Assembly: GCA_021613535.1 (NCBI GenBank)
Contig: CP075493.1
Span: 6,572,001-6,636,000 of the forward strand
Length of the DNA: 64,000 nucleotides
Direction: 5' to 3'
DNA from: Adineta vaga
Taxonomy: Eukaryota > Animalia > Rotifera
Shown here: positions 41,306-53,800 of the stretch, piece by piece
Numbering within the stretch: position 1 is the stretch's first letter
How the letters are laid out: each line of letters begins with the position of its first letter
The notes under the pieces: model-generated
Told to the model about the DNA's origin: nothing
Seen by the model: the letters and a program-made list of their open reading frames with translations, nothing else
Database searches by the model: none
Made by a program: the position numbers and the translations under genes

Positions 41306-42277
41306 ATGTACAAGAAACAAGCACTGCTTATTGGTAATGTTAAATATGCAGAAGGAGATCTAGTACCTTGTGCAAAAGATGCTAAAGATACAGCTGCATC
41401 TCTACAATCGATTGGTTTTCAAGTGCGAGTTGGATTGGATCTTGGTAACGATCAGATGAAATCGACGATTCAGCAATTTGCACGGTCTGTTCGACCAGGT
41501 GCTGTAGTTATCTTTTACTATTCTGGTCATGGTGCTCAGTTTGATGGGAAAAATATTTTGTTACCCATAGATTTTTCCGATCTCAATTGTACTAATGCTC
41601 AAAATGTAATTCAACAGCTACATCAAAATCGACCACGAGCTGTTATCGTCATTCTAGATTGTTGTCGTACCCGTTTGAACATATTGGATGAAGCGAAAAG
41701 AGCTTTGTTCTTCGATCGACGTCCAAGACTAAGAGATGGTCTTACACCTATGGGAGGTCCACCATCAACGATCATTGCTTATGGATGTGCAGCTGGAGAA
41801 TCATCCATAGCGAGATCTAATCTCCGAAATAGTGTTTATACACATCATTTACGTCCTCGTATTACTACACCCGATGTTGATCTTGAAACTATATTGAAAT
41901 ATGTTGCTATAGATGTTCAACGAGACTCAGATAACGAACAATTACCTTTTATCTTTAGTAATTGCAATGAACCTATCTATCTTAATAGTAATTCGTGGTC
42001 AAATAGTCCGGCTTGGCCACGAGCTGTACATTTCAATCCAGTAGTGAGTGAGTGATTGATTATGAAAATAGTCTGTTTACATTTAATATTGCAAATATTT
42101 TTAGTGATGTCTGATAATCGTCTACGTCGTAAACATCATGCTACTTTCAATCTTCGACCAGAAATGACTGATTTCTCACATGGTTTTCGTGATTATTCTC
42201 GTATACCAACTAATAGATATCCATTGCGAAACCATTTATGGTCAGGTGCGATGGAATCACCACATAGACACTGGTAA
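41306..42277 (+). CDS. Peptidase C14 caspase-like protein with intact His-Cys dyad; exons 41306-42047 and 42105-42277
   Basis: ALLIGNVKY, PCAKDA, IFYYSGHG, ILLPID, VILDCCR, PPSTIIAY, NSVYTHHL and EQLP; clear paralog of the upstream divergent gene. Confidence 0.88.
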
Positions 42278-42597
42278 CTAGGAATTTATAAGAAGGCAAC
42301 AAAAGAAATTTTTTATCAAACCAGATTTCATTTCTTTTTTTGTAAACTAAACCAGTTTTGAGAATCATGTCATTGTTATCATAAACGGCTCTGAATCTTT
42401 GATTCTTCATAAAATGTTTGCATGCAATTGCCACCACGTGCTTTGATACAATCGTATGAATCATTGGCGGAATTACATCTAAGTTGTGTAATTTTGATCC
42501 CGTTAATAAAAGATACAATCTAAAGTTTTTTGTCATCTACTAGCTCACAGTAAACTAGTAACGATAAAAATAATAATAATAATAGCAGTTTACAAAA

Positions 42598-43326
42598 ATG
42601 AAAATATCAAATGAAAATTCAGCTGATGCTAATCGTAAACAAAACAAACCATTCTTAGTTTTCATAGCTGGACTTCATTCAGCTGGTAACTATTTACTCC
42701 TTATTTTTTATTCTACTCACCCTCAAGTTTCATTCTATTCAGGCAAAACAAGTGTACTCTACTACGCAAAACCTAAAGAACAAATATCTGGATTATTCAC
42801 CATGGGCCTATAATTGGAAATCATTTCAATTGGTAACAACTCTATAAATTTGCTAGATGAAGGTGGACGTTCATCAAGTCGTGCTTTTTTTCGAGCTTAC
42901 TATCGAAGCCTTTCAGGACTTATCTTTGTAGTTGATTCAAATGATCAAAGTAATATTGACGCTGCATGTGAAGAACTTCATCAAATAGGTATTGAAGCCG
43001 AACTACAAAATAAACCTTTCCTTATTCTTGCTAATAAACAAGATTTATCTACTGCAATGCCAGTAGATGAATTAGAAATGAAACTCAATCTAGCGAAATT
43101 CAATGGAACTAGAAAGTGGCATTTACAACCAACGTGTGCTGTTCGTAGTGAAGGTGTTCAAGAAGTCTTAACATGGCTACTAAACGCAATAATGGAAAAA
43201 CAAGCTTTGATAAAACCAGCAATAGAGACAGTAAAAGACACAAAATCAATACAAACTTTTCTCAACTCTCTTCTAAATATGAATGATGTAAAAACATTTT
43301 TTAACAGACGTTTTAGTTTCACATAG
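42598..43326 (+). pseudogene. ARF/ARL-family small GTPase with in-frame TAA at 42811-42813
   Basis: G1 GLHSAG|KT (intron 42686-42742); switch I reads TMGL*LE; G3 DEGGR; IFVVDSND; G4 NKQD; G5 TCA. Confidence 0.8.
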
Positions 43327-43777
43327 GCATCTATTTATATTCGTACATTTTATTTCGGATTATCGATTATGATTGAGGTCATAAAAAGGTCTTCTATTGC
43401 GTTTAGATTTTCATCTGCACTGTTTTTTTTCTATTGATAAGAAATGACCATCTTAGTTGTATTTGCCGAAGAATAAGAAAATAAACTCATAGTCTGTTTC
43501 AAAATAAGCAACGCTTTTGACATTCTTTTCTTCCTTTCTCAACCGAAAAGAAACATGAAAAACAGAGTTTTTTTTTCTTCCTATTAAATACGACTAAAGA
43601 AGTTTCTTTCAGTTCACATGTGTCTGTAATATAATAGCTTAAAAAAAACCCTATTTCTGCGAATTCTTTTTTCCCTTATAATTTTTCCAACAATTCCGCC
43701 GCCGAATAAAGGTATAATTCTTTGCATTTAAACTAAGCTTCACATAAAAGAATTTTTATCGATTGAATCAGCGTAGT

Positions 43778-46700
43778 ATGTCAAATTGTTCTTCATGTAA
43801 CCAACCATTGTGTGATGACGATGACGAGGAAGTAACTACAAAGTCGGGTGTTAGATTTCATCGCACATGTTTGGAACAATTACTCAAACCAAAATCGAAA
43901 ACTACTCCTAAGGTAACGAAAGAAAATACATATATGAGATTAAGATCATTTCTGAAAAGTAAACTGGAAATTTTCCAATCAAAATTCTCTTTTTGAGCGT
44001 AGCAATATAGATAAATATATTCGTTCAGTTACTCTTTGTACTGAAATAATCAATATCGGTAAATATAAGGTCGTAGATGATGGAATGCACGAAACGTCAT
44101 CGTCACAAGGAACACCCTGTCGATATGGTGGTGAATGTCCACAGATCAATGATAAAAGTCATTGTCGTGATTATGCACATCCAGACTATTGTCAAGATGG
44201 TGGTCATTGTATGAATCAAACAGAAGATCATTTGAAAAAATATCGTCATTTACCGCTTTGTCCACGAGCGAGTAAATGTATCGATTATCTAAAAGAAGTC
44301 AAAGAACATTGTAATAGATATCGTCATTTTGCTCCACGTTGTCCATATGGGAATAATTGTGCGTTGTTTCATGATAAAACTCATTTCGAAGATTTTCAAC
44401 ATCCATTTCCGACTCCTTGTCCACGTACTCCATTCGATTGTCCACTCTATAGTGCTTTATGTGAATCAAAGAATAATCAAACTTTACCAAAATCAACTCA
44501 TCAACATTGTTTGAGTTTTGCTCATGTATGTAAATTCGGTCGAAACTGTACCGATACAACACAATTACATCGATCCAAATCGATTCATATTGCTCGTCAA
44601 GTATGTCCATATCGTGAAAGGTGTTATAAAGTATCCGATGAAGATCATATAAATTCATTTACACATCCGAATATTCCCGATATTCGACCATTATGTCCCT
44701 ATCGTGATAATTGTCGTGAACCTGAAAAACTTGAACATAAAGTTAATTTTCGTCATCCTATTACTCATGAAGCTGGTGTCGTACATTATTATGGTTCTAA
44801 TAAAAGAACAAATTTTGTTAAAAATCATAAGAATAATGTAGCTTGTGTCAATCGTTTTATTACTAAACATCAATGGAAACCCTTACCAACAGGAACTATA
44901 CCTGATGAAATCATTAATTGGATACGTACAGTTCAACCTATTCATCGATGCAGTGCAGTTATATTTGAATCGATACTTCTCCATGGATATGTGATGAGTC
45001 GTCTTTATATGGAACGTTTAAACGATCCAACATTTGTAGCTGATTCTGTCTTACATCATAGTCGTATACGACGTATAGAAGCTATGAAAATGAAAACATG
45101 TGAAGATGATGCAAGACAATATGTTACTGCATTAGTTTGTCGCGAATTTGAAAGAACTGGATTTCTATCAAAATCAACCAATCCTGCTCCATATGCGACA
45201 ACTTCCTTTGAAGAAACAATGAGAAAGAAAGAGAATAAGTTATCCGGAATAGTTTCAGTAAATGATATCAATGCACTACGTACAAAAGCTATTGAAATAG
45301 CACGAGCATCTATTAAACTTCATTCCGATCCAGCTGGTATCGGATATGCACCTGATAAAGCATTGGGTACGGATAAACTTGTTTTTAGTATACTTGGACC
45401 ACATTTAGGTCATTATTATGATGATATTATTATTATATTTAAACGAGATATTTTAAATCATCCTGATTCGAATTTTTCTATGCAAGCAGCTACTTCTTTT
45501 ATTAGTGGCAAAGCTTATAACCAGCGACCCTGGTTAGATGACGATCGTGGTTCTACACATGAACGAGCAAATCATTATCACACAACTAAATTGCATGCTT
45601 CAGTACCAGGTTATGAATATGCTGCGGCACTGGAATTGATGGCAATGACTAGTTTACATTTCAATTTGAAAACAATGGATATTAATCTTAAACAAATATT
45701 TGATCGATGGACAACAGTTGATTCTCATCAAAATATCGAAGCTCATTTACCTCAGTTGATTCCTCTCGATTATATAGATCATATTTATATACCAAGAAAT
45801 ATTTTTGATAATCTTAGTGATGATGCTAAAAGAGCTATCGAAGCTGTTTTTAATAATCGTATTACTATTACAGATCATATAGTTGAAAAGATATTGGATA
45901 AAAGATCCTTTGGTCCATCACCTAATTCACCAATACGAGCGGATTATCAGAATACAGTGATCAAAACATTACTGGCACGATATAAAAGATATACTTCTAT
46001 TCTAGCATTAAATTATCTCAAAGGCACAATAATAACAGTACCATCGACAAACCTCGACGATCATTATGTTTTACCTCTAACAATTTCTCAAGCATATGAA
46101 CAATATAGTTTTGAACGATCGAATCCATCTAGAAATAATATAACATATATCTATTGGAAAGCTCTACATGGAGATATGATGTTAACATTATCAAGTGAAA
46201 AAATTGATCCAATGGAGAAACAAACCCATCTTCGTTGTTTAATTTGTTATGTTGCTACAAAATCTGCATCAATTGATGATCATTACCATGAACCAACGTC
46301 CTATCTAGCAGCTGGACATCCATTTCAACATGCAATGATTACTAGTGAAAAGAAATATGCAGTGAAATCTAATACATTATATGTCGGTTGTAATAGTGCA
46401 GATTTTTTCACTTACTGCTTAGAAATTCATTGCTCAACTGGTCAAGTCATTCTAACACATGCTGGACCTAATGCTATTTACAGTCGAGGACAAATGTTTT
46501 GTAGTTTCAATCGATCACAACTCGATTTGACAAAATTGGAATTTGTTCATATTAGTGCTGGTACTCATAAAGTACCTGTACGAGAATTAATCATATGTTT
46601 CGAGAAACAATCTCATTTACATCCGACATTTGATAAAGATTTTACAGCGAATACACCATCAAAAAGTAAGTAATAATAATTGTCATCTTTGAGAATAATT

Positions 46701-46963
46701 GATCTATGGATTCTTGTTTTAATAGCAACAAAACCATACATCAATCCATCTACGCTTAAAATAACGGTGATAATGATAAACGAACACTATGTAAATGGGG
46801 AGTCGATTGCTACGATCATTCGAAAGATCATCGATCGGAATATTTTCATCCTTCAACTTCAAACTCGAAAAAACAAGAAGATGAATATCGAAGACAATGT
46901 AGATGGGGAGCGAATTGCTATGATCATTCCAAAGATCATCGATCAGAATTTTCACATCCATAA
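43778..46963 (+). CDS. Multi-PBZ (CCHH) zinc-finger protein with central putative ADP-ribosyltransferase (DarT-like) domain; exons 43778-43912, 44070-46665 and 46726-~46963 (last exon needs one more A near 46760)
   Basis: Exon 1 CxxC..HxxC splices in frame. Eight C-x5/6-C-x(6-9; one longer)-H-x5-H repeats. Central motifs PIHRC..FESILLHGYVMS, DKLVFSIL and HQNIEAHLPQLIPLDYIDHIYI. Two more CKWGVDC/CRWGANC..H..HP fingers at the 3' end. Confidence 0.75.
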
Positions 46964-47895
46964 AAAGAGTACTATGATTATATAAAATATTTGAAATCAA
47001 ACGTTTCCTTATTTTACTGTGTGTTTAATTCAATTAAGAATAAAATACGTTGAATGAAAAATCATACAATTGCTTATGAATGAGCACAACTAATGTCTCT
47101 AACATAGCGTAATATCTTTACAATAGATTTCAACTTTAAAAAAGTTTGTTTTTCATCTGATCATTTCACTTTATTATTAGTACAAGTAGAAAAAAAAGAG
47201 AAAGAGATAAAGATTTTTGACGGCAATAGCGCGCGCTCGGACTTCTAGAAAGAAGCGACAGAAAAGAAAAGCATATATTGTCTGAAAGAAAGACAGACAA
47301 ATCTTAGAGAGAAGGAAAAAAAGCATGTGATACATACACATCAATTGACTCATACTCCTTGTGGAAATCAAGAAGAAATAAGGAAACGAAAATTCAATAC
47401 AATACAACAACGAAAGAGAAAGAAAAACTTAATGCACGTGGCGAATAACAACAACAACAAAATTTGTTATGAAAAATATTGAGAAAAAAAGAGAATTCCA
47501 TTGTTTTGTTTTGTTTTGTTCCACAGCAAACAGACATCAGTACATACGAGCGATGTAAAAAAAGAAAGAAATGACAAACCTACTATAGTTGAACGATGCG
47601 CATATTTTTTCATATTGAAGCGAAAAACGAAAGATTCAATTATTTACACATACACACACGCACAACCTCAAAAAACAAACGAAACCAACTGAATGAGATG
47701 TTTTTCATATATTTATGAGAGATATATGAATGTATAGATCAGTGTATATAAAAAGAAAAGAAAATGAAATAAGAAAAAGAGACCGTTACCGATAATTTAA
47801 GAGAAGAATAAAATCAGTCGGCCGAAAAATAGAGTGCAAGAGACACACACACAAAGATAATAAATAGAAATAGAGAAAGAAAATAGTTCTTATTT

Positions 47896-50800
47896 TTAAC
47901 GAGGAGTAACAGAAGGTGGAGGTGGCGTTGATTGAAGTCCCATCGGATTTGTATTCATACCCGTTGATGGATCATTTGTCACAGACGATAGTGATGACGC
48001 AAGTGGAGTTCGAATACGTTGTTGAATCGGTAGAGTTCCATAAGCAGCATTTGGTGGTCGAATACCACGTGCTGTTGCCATATTATAATCCGGTGTTGGT
48101 GTCATTGAACGTTGAGGAGGAGGATAGTAAGAAGCGTTTGTTGGTGGCATATTTGAATAAAAAGGAGTTTGTGGACGTGAACGAGATTGAATAAGAGAAT
48201 GAAACATTTGTTGTTGTTGTTGTTGTGGCTGTTGAAGTTGCTGTTGAAGTTGCTGTTGTTGTTGTTGTTGTTGAAGTTGCTGCTGCTGTTGTTGTTGTTG
48301 TTGTTGTTGTTGAAGTTGCTGCTGCTGCTGCTGTTGTTGTTGTTGTTGTTTTAATGGATCATCTAAGAGATCATCAGGTTTTATCTCGATTGAATCGAGA
48401 AGAATTGGTTTACAACTAGCACCGTTTGACGATGTTGGTGTAGATGGCATTGAGTATGTAGGTGTTGGACCTTGTGAAAGAGATCGATGTGTTGGTTGTG
48501 GTGGTACTTGAGATTGCTGTTGATACGGCATCGTTGAAGGATGACTATAATACGAGTTAAGTGGATAGCGAGTTGGTACTTGCTGTTGCTGTGGTGTTTG
48601 TTGAGGTAGCATAGGTTTACCAGCACGTGCTGCTGCTAATGCATTAGGATCCATTTGTTGAGAATGAGGATAACCTGGCGGAGCTGAAAATGCATTCATT
48701 CTTTTGTTTTGCAAAATCACATATTATTTTAATTAAATTATTTACCTATATTTGATGGATACGGATAAGAACTTGATGGCACTTGTGGAGTTTGTTGTCG
48801 CATCATATACGGATCTGCACCATATGGCATTCTTTGTTGAGTATAAGCCATTGGTTTACCACCGCTGGCCATATGTGATCCATATCGATGTTGTTGTTGC
48901 TGCTGAGACATCCATGGTTGTGATGATTGTTGAGGATGAGACATCATCATTGGATATCCGCCACCTGCTGGATTACCTTTACCACCATTATAATAAACTG
49001 CATGTTGTGAAGATGATTGTTGAGAAGGTAGACTTGCGCGTACTAATCCACTCATAGATGTAGGTTTACCACCTTTGCCACCTGATGGCATCATTTTACC
49101 AGATGAACTTGGTGAAGCAGATTCCATTGGATGATGATACTGTGCTGGTGTAGATTCAGTAGTTTGTGAACTAAGTGGAGATGGTCCTAAATAATAGAAG
49201 AATTAACATGATATTTTTTCTATCAATTATAGTTGATAATAATCAATCAATGTAAATACTGTTTACAACATTATAGATGTTATTCTTCGAAATCAGATTA
49301 CTCTAAGATATTCTGATTATCAGTAAGTTGATAACAATCTCTGTTCAAATCATAACCTACCTGGTGCCATTTTTGCTCGATGCATTGCTTTGATACGTCG
49401 TCGATCTGCTTGCATAGTTGCTGCACGTTGCCGTTGAAGTTTATTTTTAAAGCTTGCACAATAAGGTAACTAAATCAAAAGAAGTATTGCACATGATATC
49501 GAACAAAAAAGAAAAACAATGAAACATACGGGACAATTTTGATCATTACATGTTTTTGCATGATACCAAATCGGTGATATAAGTTTATTACACAATGGAC
49601 ATTGATTTCTTGAAGGTTTAGTGCATTCTTTCGCATGTTGAAGTAATCTTTGGCATGGTGCACAATTTTTAAATATACAATTTGCATTTCGACATTGTGC
49701 TGCATGACGTATGACATCTAATTGTCGTTGCATCATGACTTGTCGTTGTTGTTGGCTAGTTAATGGTGTATCCGAATTGGCTGGTGTTTCACTTGTATCA
49801 TCTGAACGTTCCATACGATGTTCATGTTTAACTGTTGTATAACATTTACTGCAAAGATCATAATCATCACAGACAGTACAATGATATCGAATATCACATA
49901 ATTGTCGACATGAATTACAAGTATATGAGACTTTATCTGCTGTTGATGAATGTAATTCAATTAATGAAGCCATGGTAGAATATTTGGCACGACGTAACGA
50001 CGAAAATTCACAATGTTTATCACGAGCAAAACTTAGAAAAGCATCACGAGATTCCATTAAGTCACATTGTATTAATGGATCTGTATCGGTTAATGTTGCT
50101 GGATTCGACATTGGATTACGTAGACGAACAACAAAGAATGACTAAATAGATGAATTTGATGTATTTCAAATCATGCTAAAAAGAAAGTTTTCTCCTACTT
50201 CTTTATGTTTTTCCATCATTGCATAGATTTTTGTAATTAGATCTGAACCATTGGACATATTTTTTCGTGCTACTCGACGTTGACCAGTTGTTTTCTTGAA
50301 ATTTTTCTTCTTATGTGTTGTTCCACCACCTGATTTACGCTTATCAGATATCTATAGATTGAAATAGATAAATCAAAATGATAATTTTCTCTCATTAATT
50401 CGTAATTTTACTTCAGTTGGTTCTTCAGGTTCAATAGGATCATCGAAACAACCATCATCCGATGCTTTGACAGCTTCAAGTTCTTCAAATTTTCTTCTAT
50501 CTTCTTCTTCAGTATCAAGTTCTTTCAATAAATCTTCAATTGTACTTGACCAAAAATCACCTTCAAAATATGGAAGATCCGATGCTTTTGTTATGCCACT
50601 ATCAGTACAATCCTTCATTACATCCTAAACATAACATAACGAAAATGTCAGTCGAAAAAGAAAACAATGAGTCGAATAAGAAACAAACTTTATAATCGAC
50701 GACAACTCGTTGATTAACAGCAATATCTAACATTGTTTTATACCATTCTTGCAGGCGTTTTGGTTTAGGTACACGTTGTTCAAATGGATGACAATGAAAT

Positions 50801-53800
50801 ATATAATCATCACCTTCACTTGGTGGACATGCCCAAATATGTGCATAGGCAAATCCGAGTTGTTTAGCATATTCCAGATAACCAATGAGAATTTCAAAAT
50901 AAAGTGCTGTTCGCTTTTCTTTCGGTCGAAAATAATGTACAGAATCAAGATAGGAGATATAGACACGTCTAAATAAAACGAGAATAAATTTAAGAGAAAT
51001 TTAAAATACGACACTTTTGTAAACACTATTCTCAGTGTAAACTACAGAAACTATGCGAAAGAAAAATAAACTATAGATCTTACCTAGTATTCGGTGCTGG
51101 ACATCGACTATCATATTCTTGAACGTGCATTCCAAAGAGAACAACATCAGCACCATCGATTTCTTGAAAGGCAAATATTGCCTTTGTTCTATATGGATAA
51201 CCATCTGGTACTTGAGAACCGAAATGTTTCTTCAATCTTGGTTTTACTTCACATATACGATCACTTGCAGCTAAAATTCGTATAGTAACACGACCTGTAT
51301 CAGGCTCACAATCTTTTCGAAGGAATTCATTCACACGTTTTTCTAATGCATTTGCTAAATCAGTCATTGTTAATTTATGTGCCATATAACGATTTTCTTT
51401 TCGTTTAATATTGTATTGATTAACACATGTTTGACAAACATAACCTTCAGGCCAAATATGTTCATGATAAAGAACACAGATATTATGGAAACGTCGTGAA
51501 CAAACGATACAATCGGTCATTGCTTCTTGTTCTTGATGATCATTTTTAGCTTGCTGAAATTCTGCTTTGGGTAATTCAACTAATGTTTGTGCAGTATCAT
51601 CACCAACTAATATATATTCTGATTTAACAGAATCAAAACATTTCTTACAAAATGTATATTTATCACCGGATAAATTATTTCTTGATGAATCCGGATTATT
51701 ATAAACGAAATAATCACCATCACGTGGAATAGTACAACACATTCCATTGACACCATAACAAAACATTGCTGATGGTAAAAAAACATATTGACGTCCACAA
51801 CAATAACCATAATCTTTCATAATAGGATCAACTAATTCCATAAACATTTCAGAAATCTAATAAAAAGAAGATGTGAATTTCATTTCTTATGTTCAAATTC
51901 ATTTACCTTTAGACCAGCTTTATAAACTTTTTGAGTTTTCTTATTAAATGTCCATGTATTACTAAATACAAGCCAAACATCTTCACAAAATTCAAATGGT
52001 GTTGTATATTTATTTTCATCTAATTTTGTAAAGATTGTCGAAAAATCCATAGGACATTTGATTATATCAAAATATCCCGGTGCAATAGCTTCAGTTACTG
52101 GTTGCCGAAACCAAACACCTTCTTCTTGATCATATAAATGACGAAGTATGGGTGACATTTTCTCTCGAATATCTTCCGAAGAAAATTCAGCTGGATGTTT
52201 TTGTAATAATTTACTTGCAGCATCGATTAGTGGTGTACGATTCGATTTAGTTGTTTCAATATCAGTTTTTTCTGTTTTTATCAATTCAACAGTAGTTGTA
52301 GTGATATTATTACCATTGACCGATGTTTCATTTGTTGTAATTGTTTCTTCTTTTTTAATGATTGTAGTTGTTGTAGTTGCCTAGAAATAAATGAAATTTA
52401 TATTTTTGTAATATTCTCTCGTTCATTTCAATCATAAGTAAATGTTGCTGCAAATTCAATAAAGGTCAACAAGTGCGAAGTCTTCAAGGTTGAAATTCGC
52501 TTAACGTCGTTTTCTTTGCAAAAATTCGTTGACAACTAGTTTGTTCTAAGAAATTGTTATCCCTATAGGTATTGTCTTCGAATGACTCACTTGAATTTTT
52601 GTATCATGATTGGGTGATATCTGTTCTGTTTTAATTGGTTTTATATCAGCATGTGTTCCATTTGTATCTGCATGTGAAATCATATTTGAATTATTGTTAT
52701 TAATAGTCATTCGATTGAGACTATCAGTTGAAATGCGATGATTATCAAAAGATATTGTTTGGGTTGGATTGGGAGTATGATTTTCTGACTTAATTTGTGT
52801 TGTAGTAGTTGTTGTTGTTGAAGATGATAGAAATGAGGATGGGAAATCTGATTGTGGTGCAATACGATTCGGTGGACCTTGTTCACCAGCTGATTTATCA
52901 ATTGACGTTAACGTCGTAGTCAAAATTTGTTGTTTCTTTGACATTTGTTTTTCTTCGTAATCTTTTTGTATTTTATAAATACGTTCAGCTAAGCGATGAA
53001 AATAATCTTCATGACTTATAGCTGTATTGAATGTTTCTGCCTCAGTTTGTTGAGCATAAGATGTTACTGCTGACAAACGATCAGGTGGCAAAGAACGGCC
53101 ATCTTGTTGAACGGTATTTAATAGTGCTGCAACAATCTTTTTGACTAAATGATTTCGTTGATCAGTATGTAGTTGCTGTTGCCATTCTTTAGCTAAAATA
53201 AAGATTCAATGAAATGTTTTGCAAGTCATAGACAGAAAGAAATGAACTTACGGATAGAATTTTGTGGACGAAGTGCAGATGGCTTTTTTAATGTACCACA
53301 TATGGAACAATTCGGCGTAGTACAATTTTTCCAATGGAGTATTATATGACGTGATTGAACACAGTGATTAACTAAAGAAATGAACAATGTATAAAATTTG
53401 ATAGAAGTGACAGTTTTTGAACGCTTTAACATTTATGAAAATAAATCTTCGTAATGAAGAGAATATGATCTAGTTTATCATTATTTGTGCTTAGTAGTCA
53501 CAGTTCAAGTGTCATATCCATTACTGCTGATATCTACGGGGAAAACATCGTTGCTGACCTTGTCTTATACGACACTATTCATTGTTATTCTTAGATAAAA
53601 TTCATGGTGAATCCATATCTTTCTAGATTGATATACAATATGATTATTGCAGATTTTTTTGTATGAGATTCAAAGAAAATCATGTCCATAACATAATCGC
53701 TTATTATAATTCACCTGTAGAATGTTCAACTAGAATCTATTCATTGATTGTAACTACTATTAGTTTCTTTCGCGGTTTTTATGGGAAATTCAAAATCTTG

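Noticed and set aside
46680-46985. Listed 101-aa ORF
   Set aside because: Starts in an intron and is mostly the wrong-frame reading of the terminal PBZ exon.
47916-49057. + strand Val/Ala-rich ORFs
   Set aside because: Antisense shadows of the CBP polyQ/low-complexity exons.
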